64,000 bases of DNA from an uncultured Gammaproteobacteria bacterium (GCA_964635715.1 CAZWNZ010000001.1:10358-74357); one strand, 5' to 3'; numbered from the stretch's first letter, positions 49,735-60,820 are shown. The notes: a model not told the origin generated them from the letters alone. A program made the numbers and translations.

Positions 49735-50229
49735 TTATGAGATTAATCGTTTGGCTTCTTCCAAAAAAACTAAGTCTCTTTGTTGAATAAATTTACCTTC
49801 ATAATTATTTGATTTGTCATTTTTGATGGCTTCGATGACTCCATTTAATGTCATCCAAACAAGTCGGTGACCTTCTTCAATCTCTTTAGACTCCCAGTGG
49901 GGAGTTCCTTTAGATTTTATTTTTCCTAAATAACAATACGAAGTCTGATAAAGATAAAGTTTGGATCGATATTCTTCCACTTTTCCGATCTCTCCTATAA
50001 TTTCTATTTCACATCCAGTTTCTTCCTTTATCTCTCTTTTACAGGCAGTTATTTCATCTTCATCTTTTTCAATCCCGCCGCCAGGTAATTTATAATAATT
50101 ATATTTAGATACGAATTCGAGAGGAATCTGATCATTCTCATCAAAAGCTACAGCACGAGATGCAAAACGTTTCCAATTATTTTTATTTTCTTTGTACGGT
50201 TTATCTTCTATATATTTTAGAAGTCTCAT
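49735..50229 (-). CDS. NUDIX hydrolase
   Basis: Nudix box [24 protein letters not shown]. Confidence 0.92.
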   Translation of the reverse strand: MRLLKYIEDKPYKENKNNWKRFASRAVAFDENDQIPLEFVSKYNYYKLPGGGIEKDEDEITACKREIKEETGCEIEIIGEIGKVEEYRSKLYLYQTSYCYLGKIKSKGTPHWESKEIEEGHRLVWMTLNGVIEAIKNDKSNNYEGKFIQQRDLVFLEEAKRLIS

Positions 50230-51104
50230 AATTCCACTTTTTCCATCTTTTCGATAATTTCTTTTTGTTCCCTTGAGAGTTTTTCAGGAACAATTACATT
50301 GATTCTCACATATTCATCTCCTTTACCACGACCGTGGAGATGGGTAACACCACGCTCGCGAAGCCTCATCATTGTTCCACCCTGAGTCCCCGGGCGGATT
50401 TTTAACTTTAGTTCACCATCGATTGTTGGCACTTTAATTTCCCCACCTAAAGCGGCTAAAGAAAATGAAATACCAATCGAAACGTAAATATCGTCATCCT
50501 GCCTGTCAAAAAGCGTATCCGGTTTAATGTTTATGGACAACCTAAAATCGCCAAAATCAATTGTTGCCCCTTCATAAATACCTGCCGGGATTTTAATTTT
50601 TCTTTTTTTGCCTCCAATTGAAACCTCTTTACTAACACCTTTTACTGCGTCCATAAAAGAAATCGATATTGAGTACCTTGGCTTGGGTCTCCGACCCTGA
50701 GCGGAGCTGAACGGGTTTCCGCCTCCAAAAAAGGCTTCAAAAATATCAAACGGATCTCCAAAACCACCCTCACCAAACGGCGAACCGCCACCACTAGTAT
50801 ATGTATAGGTAAACGGGCTGCCCTGACCCCCGAATCCACCCGCAAAAGGATTTCCGCCGGGAGCTCCACCTGGAGTAAATGCAGCGTGTCCATATTGATC
50901 GTAGGCAGATTTCTTCCCCGGATCGGAAAGCACTTGATAAGCCTCATTTATCTCTTTAAATTTCTTCTCGGCAGTCTCTTTATCGTCTTTATGACGGTCA
51001 GGATGCCACTCCAAAGCTGCCTTTCTATAGGCTTTTTTTATCTCATCAGCGGAAGAACTTTTTGATACCCCGAGGATATCGTAGTAATCAGATTTTGTGG
51101 CCAT
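50226..51104 (-). CDS. dnaJ: DnaJ chaperone (no zinc finger)
   Basis: J domain with HPD, G/F-rich region, C-terminal domain; no CxxCxGxG repeats. Confidence 0.92.
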   Translation of the reverse strand: MATKSDYYDILGVSKSSSADEIKKAYRKAALEWHPDRHKDDKETAEKKFKEINEAYQVLSDPGKKSAYDQYGHAAFTPGGAPGGNPFAGGFGGQGSPFTYTYTSGGGSPFGEGGFGDPFDIFEAFFGGGNPFSSAQGRRPKPRYSISISFMDAVKGVSKEVSIGGKKRKIKIPAGIYEGATIDFGDFRLSINIKPDTLFDRQDDDIYVSIGISFSLAALGGEIKVPTIDGELKLKIRPGTQGGTMMRLRERGVTHLHGRGKGDEYVRINVIVPEKLSREQKEIIEKMEKVEL

Positions 51105-51115
51105 TTTAATGGAGA

Positions 51116-53050
51116 TTACTCTACAACTTCACCCTCTTCAACCCCTTCGGCAGGCTCAGGGCTTTTAGCTTTCTCGTCTTTTTCTGACTCATCACTCTTT
51201 TCCTCATCACTCCCTCGACTTTGCTCGGGACCTGCAGAGCCCTTGTCTCCTTCGGCATACATGGCTTGTCCAATCTGACTTAAAGTATCCGAAAGGTCTT
51301 TTGTAACTGCCTCGATATCCTCTTTGCTTGAATCTTCCTTCCCGACAACTTCTTTGACTTTAGCAACTTTTTCCTCGACCTTGGTTTTAACATCAGCTGG
51401 AACCTTGTCCCCTGCATCTTTCAGGGCTTTTTCTGCTGTTGCAACCATAGCATCGGCGTTATTTTTGATCTTGATAGTTTCGGCTTTCTTTTCATCTTCC
51501 TCTTTGTGCTTTTCTGCCTCTTCCTGCATTCTTTTAATCTCATCATCGGAAAGCCCAACTGCACCTGTAATTTTGATGTTTTGAGTCTTACTGGTTGCTT
51601 TATCTTTTGCTGTCACAGTCAAAATTCCAGAAGCATCCATGTCAAAAATAACTTCAACCTGGGGAACTCCACGGGGTGCAGGAGGAATTCCGTCAAGAAT
51701 AAATGTTCCAAGAGTTTTATTATCTGTACTCATTGGCCTCTCACCCTGAGTTACAACAATTTGAACCTGAGTTTGATTATCGGCAGCCGTTGAAAAGACT
51801 TCTGTTTTAGAGGTTGGAACAGTTGTGTTTCTTGGAATCATGGGAGTGGCCACTCCGCCAAGAGTTTCAATTGCAAGAGTTAAGGGTGTAACATCCAATA
51901 AAAGAATATCTTTGACTTCGCCTCCCAAGACTCCCCCTTGGATTGCAGCACCAACCGCAACAACTTCATCTGGATTTACCGACTGATTCGGATCTTTGCC
52001 AAAAAAGTTTCTAACGGTTTCGACAACTTTAGGCATTCTGGTCATTCCACCCACCATAACTATCTCATTAATGTCGTGCGCATCAAGCTTTGCATCTTTC
52101 AAACAAAGCTCAACAGGCTTAAGGGTTTTTTGGATAAGTTCATCAACAAGCCCTTCCATTTTGGAACGGGTGAGCTTCATTGTTAGATGAAGCGGTTGAC
52201 CATCTTTTTGAGTTATATAAGGTTGGTTAATTTCGACCTCCGAAGCCGCAGAGAGCTCAATTTTAGCTTTTTCAGCGGCGTCACGTACTCTTTGGTAGGC
52301 TTGAGTATCTGCTTTAAGATCTACACCCTGCTCTTTTTTGAACTCAGAAACAATATAATCAACTATCACTGCATCAAAATCATCTCCCCCAAGGTGTGTG
52401 TCACCGTTTGTGGCTTTAACTTCAATAACACCATCCCCAATTTCAAGAATCGAAATGTCAAATGTTCCTCCACCAAGATCATACACAGCAATTTTTTCAG
52501 AGTTTTTCTTGTCAAGTCCGTAAGCAAGTGCAGCAGCTGTTGGTTCATTAATAATTCTTTCAACTTTAAGTCCGGCAATTTCACCTGCTTGTTTTGTTGC
52601 CTGGCGCTGTGCATCATCAAAATATGCCGGAACTGTAATAACAGCTTGTTCGACTTTTTCTCCTAAATGTTTTTCTGCGTCTTTCTTAAGCTTCATCAAA
52701 ATTCTGGAACTTATTTCTTGGGGAGTGTAGTTCTTACCCTCAATTTCGATATCAGCCATACCATTTTTTCCTTCGGTAATCTTGTAAGGAACCATATCGA
52801 TTGTTCTTTTAACCTCCTTGTCTTCAAATCTTCTCCCCATCATGCGTTTTGCTGAATATACTGTGTTTTTGGAATTAAGAATCATTTGACGCTTAGCCAC
52901 ATCTCCAACTAGATTTTTAATAGGTTCAACCACTGAAGGCGTTGTGTTTTTGCCGGTATCTACTGCCGGAATAACTTTCGGACGACCACCTTCCATTACT
53001 GCCACGCAGCTATTTGTTGTACCTAAATCGATTCCAATAATTTTACTCAT
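51116..53050 (-). CDS. dnaK: Chaperone DnaK
   Basis: [32 protein letters not shown]. Confidence 0.99.
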   Translation of the reverse strand: MSKIIGIDLGTTNSCVAVMEGGRPKVIPAVDTGKNTTPSVVEPIKNLVGDVAKRQMILNSKNTVYSAKRMMGRRFEDKEVKRTIDMVPYKITEGKNGMADIEIEGKNYTPQEISSRILMKLKKDAEKHLGEKVEQAVITVPAYFDDAQRQATKQAGEIAGLKVERIINEPTAAALAYGLDKKNSEKIAVYDLGGGTFDISILEIGDGVIEVKATNGDTHLGGDDFDAVIVDYIVSEFKKEQGVDLKADTQAYQRVRDAAEKAKIELSAASEVEINQPYITQKDGQPLHLTMKLTRSKMEGLVDELIQKTLKPVELCLKDAKLDAHDINEIVMVGGMTRMPKVVETVRNFFGKDPNQSVNPDEVVAVGAAIQGGVLGGEVKDILLLDVTPLTLAIETLGGVATPMIPRNTTVPTSKTEVFSTAADNQTQVQIVVTQGERPMSTDNKTLGTFILDGIPPAPRGVPQVEVIFDMDASGILTVTAKDKATSKTQNIKITGAVGLSDDEIKRMQEEAEKHKEEDEKKAETIKIKNNADAMVATAEKALKDAGDKVPADVKTKVEEKVAKVKEVVGKEDSSKEDIEAVTKDLSDTLSQIGQAMYAEGDKGSAGPEQSRGSDEEKSDESEKDEKAKSPEPAEGVEEGEVVE

Positions 53051-53085
53051 ATGTTTTTATAATTTTATATTATTCTCGATATATT

Positions 53086-53547
53086 TTAATTATTAATTTT
53101 AGACACCTTTACTTTTGCGTGTCTAATTACTTGTCCATCTTTAAATTTCCAACCTTTCAAAACTAACTCTGAAATAGTATTATCTCGCTCTCCAGCCGTA
53201 ACTTCAATAGCGTCCATGTTGTTTGTATCAAATTCATCCCCAATTTTAGGGCTTATTTCAACCAAACCCTCCTCATTTAGTACCTTTTTAAATTCACCTA
53301 TGCAAATTGCAAAGCCTGCATCTTGCAAATGAGTTTGTGCGTTCTCGAGATTGTCTAAAACCGGTAAAAGTTTTGTAATAATCCCGATTGAGGTCACCTT
53401 ACTTAACACCTCACGCTCTTTTTCAACCCTTTTTACTAAATTATCGTAATCCGCGAGTGTGCGAAGAAGCTGAGCCTTCAAAAGTTCTGCCTCTTCATTT
53501 ACTCTTTTCCCTGTTTTTAATGTATTTCCCTTTTTTGTTTTTTCCAT
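53086..53547 (-). CDS. grpE: Nucleotide exchange factor GrpE
   Basis: LRTLADYDNLVKR, LLPVLDNLE, GWKFKDGQVIRHAKVKV. Confidence 0.93.
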   Translation of the reverse strand: MEKTKKGNTLKTGKRVNEEAELLKAQLLRTLADYDNLVKRVEKEREVLSKVTSIGIITKLLPVLDNLENAQTHLQDAGFAICIGEFKKVLNEEGLVEISPKIGDEFDTNNMDAIEVTAGERDNTISELVLKGWKFKDGQVIRHAKVKVSKINN

Positions 53548-53598
53548 ATGTTTTCTCCATCCACTAAATACTATATCCTAGATTCTAGCTACTAATTT

Positions 53599-54351
53599 CT
53601 ATTTATTGGCTACTTCCTCAATCATGTTTCCAAAATATCTCAAAATCGGAATCGCTGTCGCATAGTTGGCTCTTGCAGGCCCAATGATTCCCAACGCACC
53701 TCTTCTCCCTTTAATCTTGAAGTGTGTGGAAATTATTCCGGTCGGCGCAAGTCCAGGAATTCCCAGCTCTTCCCCAAAAAGAACGGCCAAGGGCGATGCC
53801 GGCTCAAATCCAAAAAATAATTTATCTAATTCATCCAGTTCTTCAAAGACCGAAAAAAGACTTTGACAAGTCATAACATCTGAAAATTCAGGATTTTCAA
53901 AAATATATGAATGACCTGCGTACCAAAACCTATCCTTTTTATCATTTTTTGGAGAATCATCTTTAATCCCTGCTACTGCAAGAGATCTTGTTCTTGTAGC
54001 AAGTGCACGGGTGGCCTCGTCCATAAGTTCATCCAAATCGTCCCTGGAGTCCCAAACTTCTTCTTTTGCCTTAACTTCGTCGATTACACTCATTTGTTTT
54101 TCTTCCATGAGTTGATTTATATAAAACTTCATAGCAACAGGTGTCGGAACACGGCCGGCTGAAGCATGGGGTTGTTTAAGAAAATTTAATTTTGTCAGAG
54201 AAACCATCTCGTTCCTGATAGTCGCGGGAGAAATACCCAGGTTATATTTTTTATCCAAAGCCTCTGAACCAACAGGTTCGGCCGTAGCAATATATTCATC
54301 AACTATCGTCTTCAAAATTTGTGTCTGCCTTGATGTAAGTCCTTCAGTCAT
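53599..54351 (-). CDS. hrcA: Heat-inducible transcription repressor HrcA (short)
   Basis: RQTQILKTIVDEYIATAEPVGS, SPATIRNEM, PHASAGRVPT, GIIGPARANY. Confidence 0.95.
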   Translation of the reverse strand: MTEGLTSRQTQILKTIVDEYIATAEPVGSEALDKKYNLGISPATIRNEMVSLTKLNFLKQPHASAGRVPTPVAMKFYINQLMEEKQMSVIDEVKAKEEVWDSRDDLDELMDEATRALATRTRSLAVAGIKDDSPKNDKKDRFWYAGHSYIFENPEFSDVMTCQSLFSVFEELDELDKLFFGFEPASPLAVLFGEELGIPGLAPTGIISTHFKIKGRRGALGIIGPARANYATAIPILRYFGNMIEEVANK

Positions 54352-54352
54352 A

Positions 54353-54389
54353 TTAGCAGTATCGTACATCGAGTGCTAATTAATGTCAA
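54353..54389 (-). promoter_or_regulatory. CIRCE element overlapping the hrcA-grpE-dnaK-dnaJ promoter
   Basis: TTAGCAGTA-N9-GAGTGCTAA at 54353-54379 (consensus TTAGCACTC-N9-GAGTGCTAA); TTGACA-17-TACGAT on the minus strand. Confidence 0.9.
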
Positions 54390-54400
54390 TACCATAAATT

Positions 54401-56128
54401 TTAAGACCCGCTTGGGGTTTCTGTGGTTGGGGTAATTGGTTCTTCCTCTTTGGATGGAAGCGATGGAAAAACTCTCTTGGTAATAATTCTTTTGGCTAAA
54501 TTCAAAAAATACTTAGCTTCATCGACACGGAATAAAAGCGACAAAAGAGTGTAAATAATTAGTCCTACCAAAAAAGTAACAGTTGTAAGAATTATCACGT
54601 TACCTGTATAGCGAGTATCCAGTACAAATTTTTCGAAAGGAAAAGTGTTGGTAGCATCAATTCCGCTTAAAAAAGAAAGCCTTTTAACCCATACGGACTT
54701 ATCAAAAATTTTGAGCATAAAGAACATTGCAGTTCCAGAAACAACTGTTGCCATAAAAATCTTCAGGGTATGAATAACAAATCTCAAATCGACTATCTTT
54801 TCAATCTTTTTATTGATCAAAACAAGTAAAATTACAGATTCGACAAGTGTGCTGATAGCAAAAGATGCAGCCAGCGCCCAAACTCCCAAACCAAGACCTC
54901 TTATCAGAATAAAATCTGCGACAACTAAAATAGTTAATCCAACAAACGATACTTTTACCGGAGTTTTTGTATCGTTTAATGCAAAAAAAGAACGGGTAAG
55001 AATCGACATCAAAGTCTGAAAAACAACGGATATCGCAAAAACCGAAAGAATCGTTCCGGTCTGAACGGTAGAATTCCAATCAAAGATCTTTGTTCCATAA
55101 ATAAGTCTAACAACGGGAATTCTTAAAGCGATCAAGGCTGCCGATATTGGAAGTGTAAAAAACATTGCTTGATAAATTGCGGATAGGAGAATCTTTCTGA
55201 ACTCTTTTTTATTGTTGTCCACATCGGAAAGCATTGGTAGTACAGCCTTTGCGAGGGAAGTACCGAAGAGACTTACTGGTAAAAGTTGTAATGAATTGGC
55301 AAAAGTATAGTAGGTATAAGATGCCTGTGAAATTATTGATGAAAGAAAAAGTTCAGCACTTTTCCCCACCTGGTCAAATGCTAAATCAACTACTCTGGGA
55401 AAGGCTAATTGTCCGATTTTTTTGACGTTGTCATCAGGTTTAAAATTCCAAGTGAATCTAAACCCAAGTTTGCGCGAAAGAGGGTATTGAATAATAAAAT
55501 GTGCAAAAGCTCCTATAACTACTCCAACCGCAGGGGCAATCAATCCCAAGCGTGGGGTGAGAACAACAGTCCCAAAAATTATACCCAAATTATAAAAAAT
55601 CGGCGCCAGAGCGGGAATCAAAAAGCGCCTTAATGATTCCAAAACTCCGGTTAAAACATAACTAATTACAAAAAAACCCTGTGCAGCGAAAAGAATTCTG
55701 GCAAGAAAAGCTATTTGGTTCGTTTCGTAATCCCCATAACCAGGAGCAATTACTGAGTAAATCTGGGGGGCAAAAACTCCTATTATCAATACCGCAAAAG
55801 CAAAAATTGCAAGCCCTATTGAGACCACCTTACCAGCAAGTTGCCAAGCTTGCGCTTCACCATTTTTTAATGTCTTCGTGAAAATGGGTATAAAAGCTGA
55901 TGAAAAAGTCCCAAAAACCAACACTTGAAATACTGCATCCGGAAGTCTGAATGCAGCAAAGAAAAGTGATAACGATTCCGGAGTAAAATAGCTGGCCAAA
56001 ACTCTTTGTCTGACAAGTCCCAGGATCATAGAGATGGCAATCATTACCATGATAAGTGTCGCTGCAGAAAGAACTGTGTTTTGTTGGGAATTTATTATTT
56101 TTTTGCTCCTGGATATCAAGTTTTCCAT
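54401..56128 (-). CDS. murJ: Lipid II flippase MurJ (MviN)
   Basis: LGLVRQRVLASYF, AAFRLPD, SSAFIPIF, RSFFALNDTKTP. Confidence 0.92.
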   Translation of the reverse strand: MENLISRSKKIINSQQNTVLSAATLIMVMIAISMILGLVRQRVLASYFTPESLSLFFAAFRLPDAVFQVLVFGTFSSAFIPIFTKTLKNGEAQAWQLAGKVVSIGLAIFAFAVLIIGVFAPQIYSVIAPGYGDYETNQIAFLARILFAAQGFFVISYVLTGVLESLRRFLIPALAPIFYNLGIIFGTVVLTPRLGLIAPAVGVVIGAFAHFIIQYPLSRKLGFRFTWNFKPDDNVKKIGQLAFPRVVDLAFDQVGKSAELFLSSIISQASYTYYTFANSLQLLPVSLFGTSLAKAVLPMLSDVDNNKKEFRKILLSAIYQAMFFTLPISAALIALRIPVVRLIYGTKIFDWNSTVQTGTILSVFAISVVFQTLMSILTRSFFALNDTKTPVKVSFVGLTILVVADFILIRGLGLGVWALAASFAISTLVESVILLVLINKKIEKIVDLRFVIHTLKIFMATVVSGTAMFFMLKIFDKSVWVKRLSFLSGIDATNTFPFEKFVLDTRYTGNVIILTTVTFLVGLIIYTLLSLLFRVDEAKYFLNLAKRIITKRVFPSLPSKEEEPITPTTETPSGS

Positions 56129-56220
56129 AACTCTCTGTTGATATTCTAGCCTCTTTGTCATATACTAACAACCACAAATGAATTTTAGATTTTAAATTTA
56201 AAATTCCGAGTTAACTAGCC

Positions 56221-56514
56221 ATGCCAGTAACAAAAACAGCAAAGAGAGCCCTCAGGGGTTCGAAAAATAAAGCAGAAGTAAATAAGCTTTTAATAAAAAG
56301 GCTTGAGATTGCTATCCGTATGGCAAAAAAGTCTAAATCTCCCAAAGAAGTTCTGACTGCAACTTCTCTAGCTGATCGTGCCGCAAAAAAAAGAATCATT
56401 CATAAAAATAAAGCGGCTAGAGTTAAATCCCAACTAGCAAAATTGATTACTGCAAACAAAGTTTCAAAGATTAAAAAAACCACTTCTAAAAAAGTTTCTT
56501 CTAATAAGAAATAA
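56221..56514 (+). CDS. rpsT: 30S ribosomal protein S20
   Basis: MPVTKTAKRALR, DRAAKKRIIHKNKAARVKS. Confidence 0.96.
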   Translation: MPVTKTAKRALRGSKNKAEVNKLLIKRLEIAIRMAKKSKSPKEVLTATSLADRAAKKRIIHKNKAARVKSQLAKLITANKVSKIKKTTSKKVSSNKK

Positions 56515-56577
56515 TTTGCTTCTTTCACGCATTTACATGTGCTATATTGGTTTAAGGCCGTGTGTCTTATATAGTTT

Positions 56578-57108
56578 ATGCCCAAAAATAAAGCAATCAA
56601 TTTACTGCCTTTAGAGGAGTTTAACGCTTCAACCACCGGCCGTGTTCTAAAATGGGCGACAGGAACTTTCCGTGTGATTGTAATTATCACTGAAATGGTT
56701 GTTATGGGAGCTTTTTTGTCACGGTTCTGGCTGGATGCCCAAAATTCAACTCTAAACAACGCAATAAAAGCAAAAAGTGCCCAAATTTCCGCACAAACTG
56801 ATTTAGAGCAGCGTTTCAGAAACACTCAATTAAAACTGAATGTATTTAAACAAATTGATCAAAGTAATAATTTATCTTCTTATGTTGACAACATTACCAG
56901 CAAGGTTCCTGAAAATATCACTTTATCAAAAATATCCATTGAGAAAGAGGCTATATCTATTACGGGTTCGTCTTTATCGGATTATGATATCGCGGTATTT
57001 ATAGCCAGTCTGCAAAATCCACCATTTAAAGAGGCTGTTTTAAGTCAGGTGGGTTCATCTGAAAACAATCCCGGAGAAACCAATTTTACAGTGAGCGCGA
57101 TTTATTAA
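56578..57108 (+). CDS. PilN-like type IV pilus alignment protein
   Basis: N-terminal INLLP motif, TM, coiled coil, VPENITLSKI..ITGSS. Confidence 0.75.
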   Translation: MPKNKAINLLPLEEFNASTTGRVLKWATGTFRVIVIITEMVVMGAFLSRFWLDAQNSTLNNAIKAKSAQISAQTDLEQRFRNTQLKLNVFKQIDQSNNLSSYVDNITSKVPENITLSKISIEKEAISITGSSLSDYDIAVFIASLQNPPFKEAVLSQVGSSENNPGETNFTVSAIY

Positions 57109-57112
57109 TACT

Positions 57113-57772
57113 ATGGCATCAGGTTGGAGATCATCATATTACCGATATAAACAACTGTTTCTAAATGTTTCTGCCACTTATAAAAAGAGGTCGGATCTTC
57201 GTGCGTTTTTGGAAATAGTTTTGTCGTTAATTGCAGTAATCATTTTCGTAGTTTTTGCATTAAAACCTACCGCCTTAACCATTATTAGTCTTGTCCAACA
57301 GATAAAAGAAGAGAAAAAGGTTCTAACCTCACTCAACCAAAAGGTCAGTGACTTGCAAAAAGCATCCACTCTTTTAACCCAAAATCAAATGTTTTTGGAT
57401 AACATTAATCTTGCCATCTCCACTACACCAAGTCCTGATATATTTGCAAAACAAATATTGGGAATGTCTGCCAAAAATAATGTTGAGCTGATGGCTTTAT
57501 CCATTAACGAAGTTGTTATAATTGGGAACACAAAAAAGATAGTTTCCAAAGAAACAGAACCATTGCCTGAGAATGCTAACGAAATTGGATACTCGATCAG
57601 TATAAAAGGCGGTTTTGCCAATATAAACACATTTTTAAAAGATATTGAAAATCTCAGAACAATATCGAAAATAGACAGCCTCACAATTAGCTCTTCCATA
57701 AGTGACTCTGGAAGGGTTATAGTGGCTGTAATTTCAGGTAGAATTCCTTATTTGGAACAAGTCAAAAAATGA
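57113..57772 (+). CDS. PilO-like protein
   Basis: TM, coiled coil, SIKGGFANINTFLKDIENLRTISKIDSL. Confidence 0.7.
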   Translation: MASGWRSSYYRYKQLFLNVSATYKKRSDLRAFLEIVLSLIAVIIFVVFALKPTALTIISLVQQIKEEKKVLTSLNQKVSDLQKASTLLTQNQMFLDNINLAISTTPSPDIFAKQILGMSAKNNVELMALSINEVVIIGNTKKIVSKETEPLPENANEIGYSISIKGGFANINTFLKDIENLRTISKIDSLTISSSISDSGRVIVAVISGRIPYLEQVKK

Positions 57773-58137
57773 AAAAAAATCGTCTCCCCAAACCAATAAC
57801 CATACTAATATTGACACTTTTAACTGCAGTACTTTGGGTAGGTTTAAATATATATAGAACTTTTACAATTAAGCCGGATGCTCCTGTTCCTGAAAGTGTA
57901 TCCAATCCTTTGAATCCGGTACTCAACACTGAAGTCATTCAGCAAATAGAATCCGCTATTTACATTCCCGATTCTGAAATTCCACAAATTGGTACAAACA
58001 TTCAAATAACAGCGACACCCCTGCCTGTGCTGACCGAGGAGGAAATGACCGAAGCTGAAACAGGATCCGAAACTGAATCAACCGAAAGCGGATCTTTTCA
58101 GGCAACTGAAGATGAAACAACAACCGAAGAAAAATGA
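57769..58137 (+). CDS. Single-TM protein with acidic tail
   Basis: N-terminal TM; overlaps neighbouring genes in operon fashion. Confidence 0.65.
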   Translation: MKKNRLPKPITILILTLLTAVLWVGLNIYRTFTIKPDAPVPESVSNPLNPVLNTEVIQQIESAIYIPDSEIPQIGTNIQITATPLPVLTEEEMTEAETGSETESTESGSFQATEDETTTEEK

Positions 58138-59507
58138 TAAAGAAAAAAAATATACCAACAATACTTGGAATACTGCTTCTTTTGGGTGGCGTATTTACCG
58201 GTGTGATTCTTCTTAAGAACAATCAACTGTTCAGAATAGGTGCAAGTTCCACAGCAGCTCCCAAGGATGTAAGAGTCAGTAGTGTTTCTGATTCCACAGC
58301 TACCATTACTTGGGTCACCGGAGAACCCACATCGGCTTTTATTTCTTATGGTACCGATGAAAATACCGGAACCGTTATTAATGAGACAGAAAATGACCAA
58401 AAATATACCACTCACAGTATCACTATTACAGGTCTTTCTGCCAGTTCCACCTATTACTTAAAAATAAACTCTAACGGCACAACATTTGACAACAATGGGG
58501 TTCCTTGGCAATTTATTACAGGTGAAAATCTACCTCTAAGCCAGAAGTCGATTCCGATATCTGGATCCGTTATCTCCGCGTCAGGAACATCCATGAAAAG
58601 GGCAATTGTTTACATAACTATAAACGGTTATGTGATTTCAACAATGACCTCAGAAAATGGAACTTTTGTTTTACAAATCGGATCCGCCAGAACTCCCGAT
58701 CTTTCCGCTTATGCAGATATTGATCTTGAGAAAACCCTTCTGGAAATTTCGGTTACGGCGGAGACCGGAGAAACTGCAATTGCAAAAATCTTTTCTCAAT
58801 CCGCAAACCCAATTCCTGCATTAATAATTGGCCAAGATCAAGATTTCAGAAATTTGGAACCTTTATCCAACGGTTTAAATCCAGATGCCAATCTTAGCCT
58901 TCCTGAAAGTGCGACGGCTGAGTCTAAACTTGATGTCAGTCAATCCGAAACTATTTCTACAACAACCCTAACCTTGGACAGTATTACTGAAGGAGAGGTA
59001 ATCACCAGCAATCAACCTCAACTTTTCGGGGATGGGCCAAAAGGAACCGAGATTACAATTACTATTCACTCCGACACGGAAATTTCAGGATCGGCAGTTG
59101 TTTCATCAAGTGGCCTGTGGAATTGGTCGCTTCCAACCGATCTTTCTCCCGGTGCTCACACAATTACTATTTCCTGGATCGACTCACTAGGCATTGCCAG
59201 AACTCTAACCAGAAATTTTATCGTCCAAGCCGGTGAATTGCCTGCATTTGAAGCATCACCATCAGGCACTCCTACGACGACGCCAAAACCAAGTCAAACT
59301 CCTTCCCCCACACCAATTCCAAGTGCGACAAAAACTCCCTTAGCTACCAAAAGCCCAACCCCAAAGCCGACTGCTATTCCAACCACAACTCCGGAATCTT
59401 TACCTGAATCTGGAATCTTGACTCCGACTCTTCTACTATCTATGATGGGGATAGGCGTAATAACCTTTGCTTTTTATATTTGGAAAAAATCAGAAGATGA
59501 GTCCTAA
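58134..59507 (+). CDS. Surface protein: Fn3-like and Ig-like domains, PT-rich linker, LPESG sortase signal
   Basis: PKDVRVSSVSDSTATITW..HSITITGLSASSTYY; LPESG followed by TM and WKK tail. Confidence 0.75.
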   Translation: MIKKKNIPTILGILLLLGGVFTGVILLKNNQLFRIGASSTAAPKDVRVSSVSDSTATITWVTGEPTSAFISYGTDENTGTVINETENDQKYTTHSITITGLSASSTYYLKINSNGTTFDNNGVPWQFITGENLPLSQKSIPISGSVISASGTSMKRAIVYITINGYVISTMTSENGTFVLQIGSARTPDLSAYADIDLEKTLLEISVTAETGETAIAKIFSQSANPIPALIIGQDQDFRNLEPLSNGLNPDANLSLPESATAESKLDVSQSETISTTTLTLDSITEGEVITSNQPQLFGDGPKGTEITITIHSDTEISGSAVVSSSGLWNWSLPTDLSPGAHTITISWIDSLGIARTLTRNFIVQAGELPAFEASPSGTPTTTPKPSQTPSPTPIPSATKTPLATKSPTPKPTAIPTTTPESLPESGILTPTLLLSMMGIGVITFAFYIWKKSEDES

Positions 59508-59542
59508 ATTGAATCTAGAATTATAAATTACTAATAATATCC

Positions 59543-60820
59543 ATGCCCAACCAAGATCCAACAAACAACAATCCTCCCCAAGAGAATACCCCGGTAAATC
59601 CTGTAAGTTCGGTCTCTTTTTCACCTCAGGCAGATTTACCGCCATTACCGCCGGAATTCCAAAATCTGGAAGGCAGTCAAGTTAATCCACCAACCGCCAA
59701 CTCAACGTCGTCATCCGATCCTACAGGAGATTCTGGTTCTGCAGCGCCGCCGCCAGCTTTTGCAAATATTGCCCCTGCTCCAAAGAAAAAGTTTGGAACC
59801 AAAAAAATAATTGCCACGATTTTAGGAATAATCGGGCTTGTGGGAGCGGTCGGAGCAGGAACATATCTTGTTGGACAAAAACAACTATTTCAACAAAAAG
59901 CCGACACACTATATGAATGTTCAAATGCTTACTGTGTAAGGTGTACTTGCGGATGTACATCATCCAATGCAGATTGCAGTGGACCAACTAATTGTAACCC
60001 CGATTGTCCAACCGCCACTCCAGTTTCAACGGACAGGCCTAATACATGCGAAGAAAATGGTTTTACATGTAAAACACCTGGCGGTGATGGTCATTGTCCA
60101 ACAGGGTCATATGATCGATCTGGAACATGTGCTAATGGTGTGTGTTGTTATACTCCATCCGACCCAGAACCCACATCCAGAACAGGATGGGGAATCGGAG
60201 AAGCTTGCACTAATACATCAGGAACGGGAACTCAGTGTGTTCTTGCTATTTGCCCATATGGGTGTGAAGGTAGTTGTGATTCTAACGATCCGGGTGTTAC
60301 TTTGAAATATGGAAATTGTGAGACACTTGCAAGTGAAGTGCTGAGTACTTGTGGCCAAGTTGATTTAGTTAATTCTTCAGGTGTTTATTGTGATGTTGAT
60401 CCATCGGATGGTATAGATGCTCAAATAACATGTCCTCAACCCAGATGTGCTGTTGATGATACACCTACGAGTGAGCCTAAATCTTCACCAACCCCAACTC
60501 CCACCACCGCTGCACCCTACTGCGCTGCCGTAAAAGCTTACGATACAGAATGGGAAGTACTTTCCTCAACCGACTTGACATCTCTATCAGAAGGATCTGT
60601 TGTTAACTTCTGTGTATCGGGTCTTCCATTATCCAATTCTTTCGACAAAGCTCAATTTACTATCAACGGTGTTAAACAAACTGAGACCTCTGTAAACAGA
60701 CCTCAATCGGCAGAGACAACTTATTACAACGAGTTCTGTCAGTCTTATACAATACCAAGCGGAACAACAACGTTTACTGTCACGGGTCAGATTCACCACT
60801 CTACGCTCGGGTGGTTTTAA
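59543..60820 (+). CDS. Membrane-anchored Cys-rich extracellular protein
   Basis: Pro-rich cytoplasmic N-terminus, TM, more than 25 Cys, PT linker, C-terminal beta domain. Confidence 0.7.
   Translation: MPNQDPTNNNPPQENTPVNPVSSVSFSPQADLPPLPPEFQNLEGSQVNPPTANSTSSSDPTGDSGSAAPPPAFANIAPAPKKKFGTKKIIATILGIIGLVGAVGAGTYLVGQKQLFQQKADTLYECSNAYCVRCTCGCTSSNADCSGPTNCNPDCPTATPVSTDRPNTCEENGFTCKTPGGDGHCPTGSYDRSGTCANGVCCYTPSDPEPTSRTGWGIGEACTNTSGTGTQCVLAICPYGCEGSCDSNDPGVTLKYGNCETLASEVLSTCGQVDLVNSSGVYCDVDPSDGIDAQITCPQPRCAVDDTPTSEPKSSPTPTPTTAAPYCAAVKAYDTEWEVLSSTDLTSLSEGSVVNFCVSGLPLSNSFDKAQFTINGVKQTETSVNRPQSAETTYYNEFCQSYTIPSGTTTFTVTGQIHHSTLGWF

Noticed and set aside
3735-52855. Numerous plus-strand ORFs of 60-160 aa overlapping core genes
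   Set aside because: Antisense shadows of well-recognised minus-strand genes, with no motifs
54353-54379. CIRCE as a novel palindrome
   Set aside because: It is the well-known HrcA operator, listed as a feature
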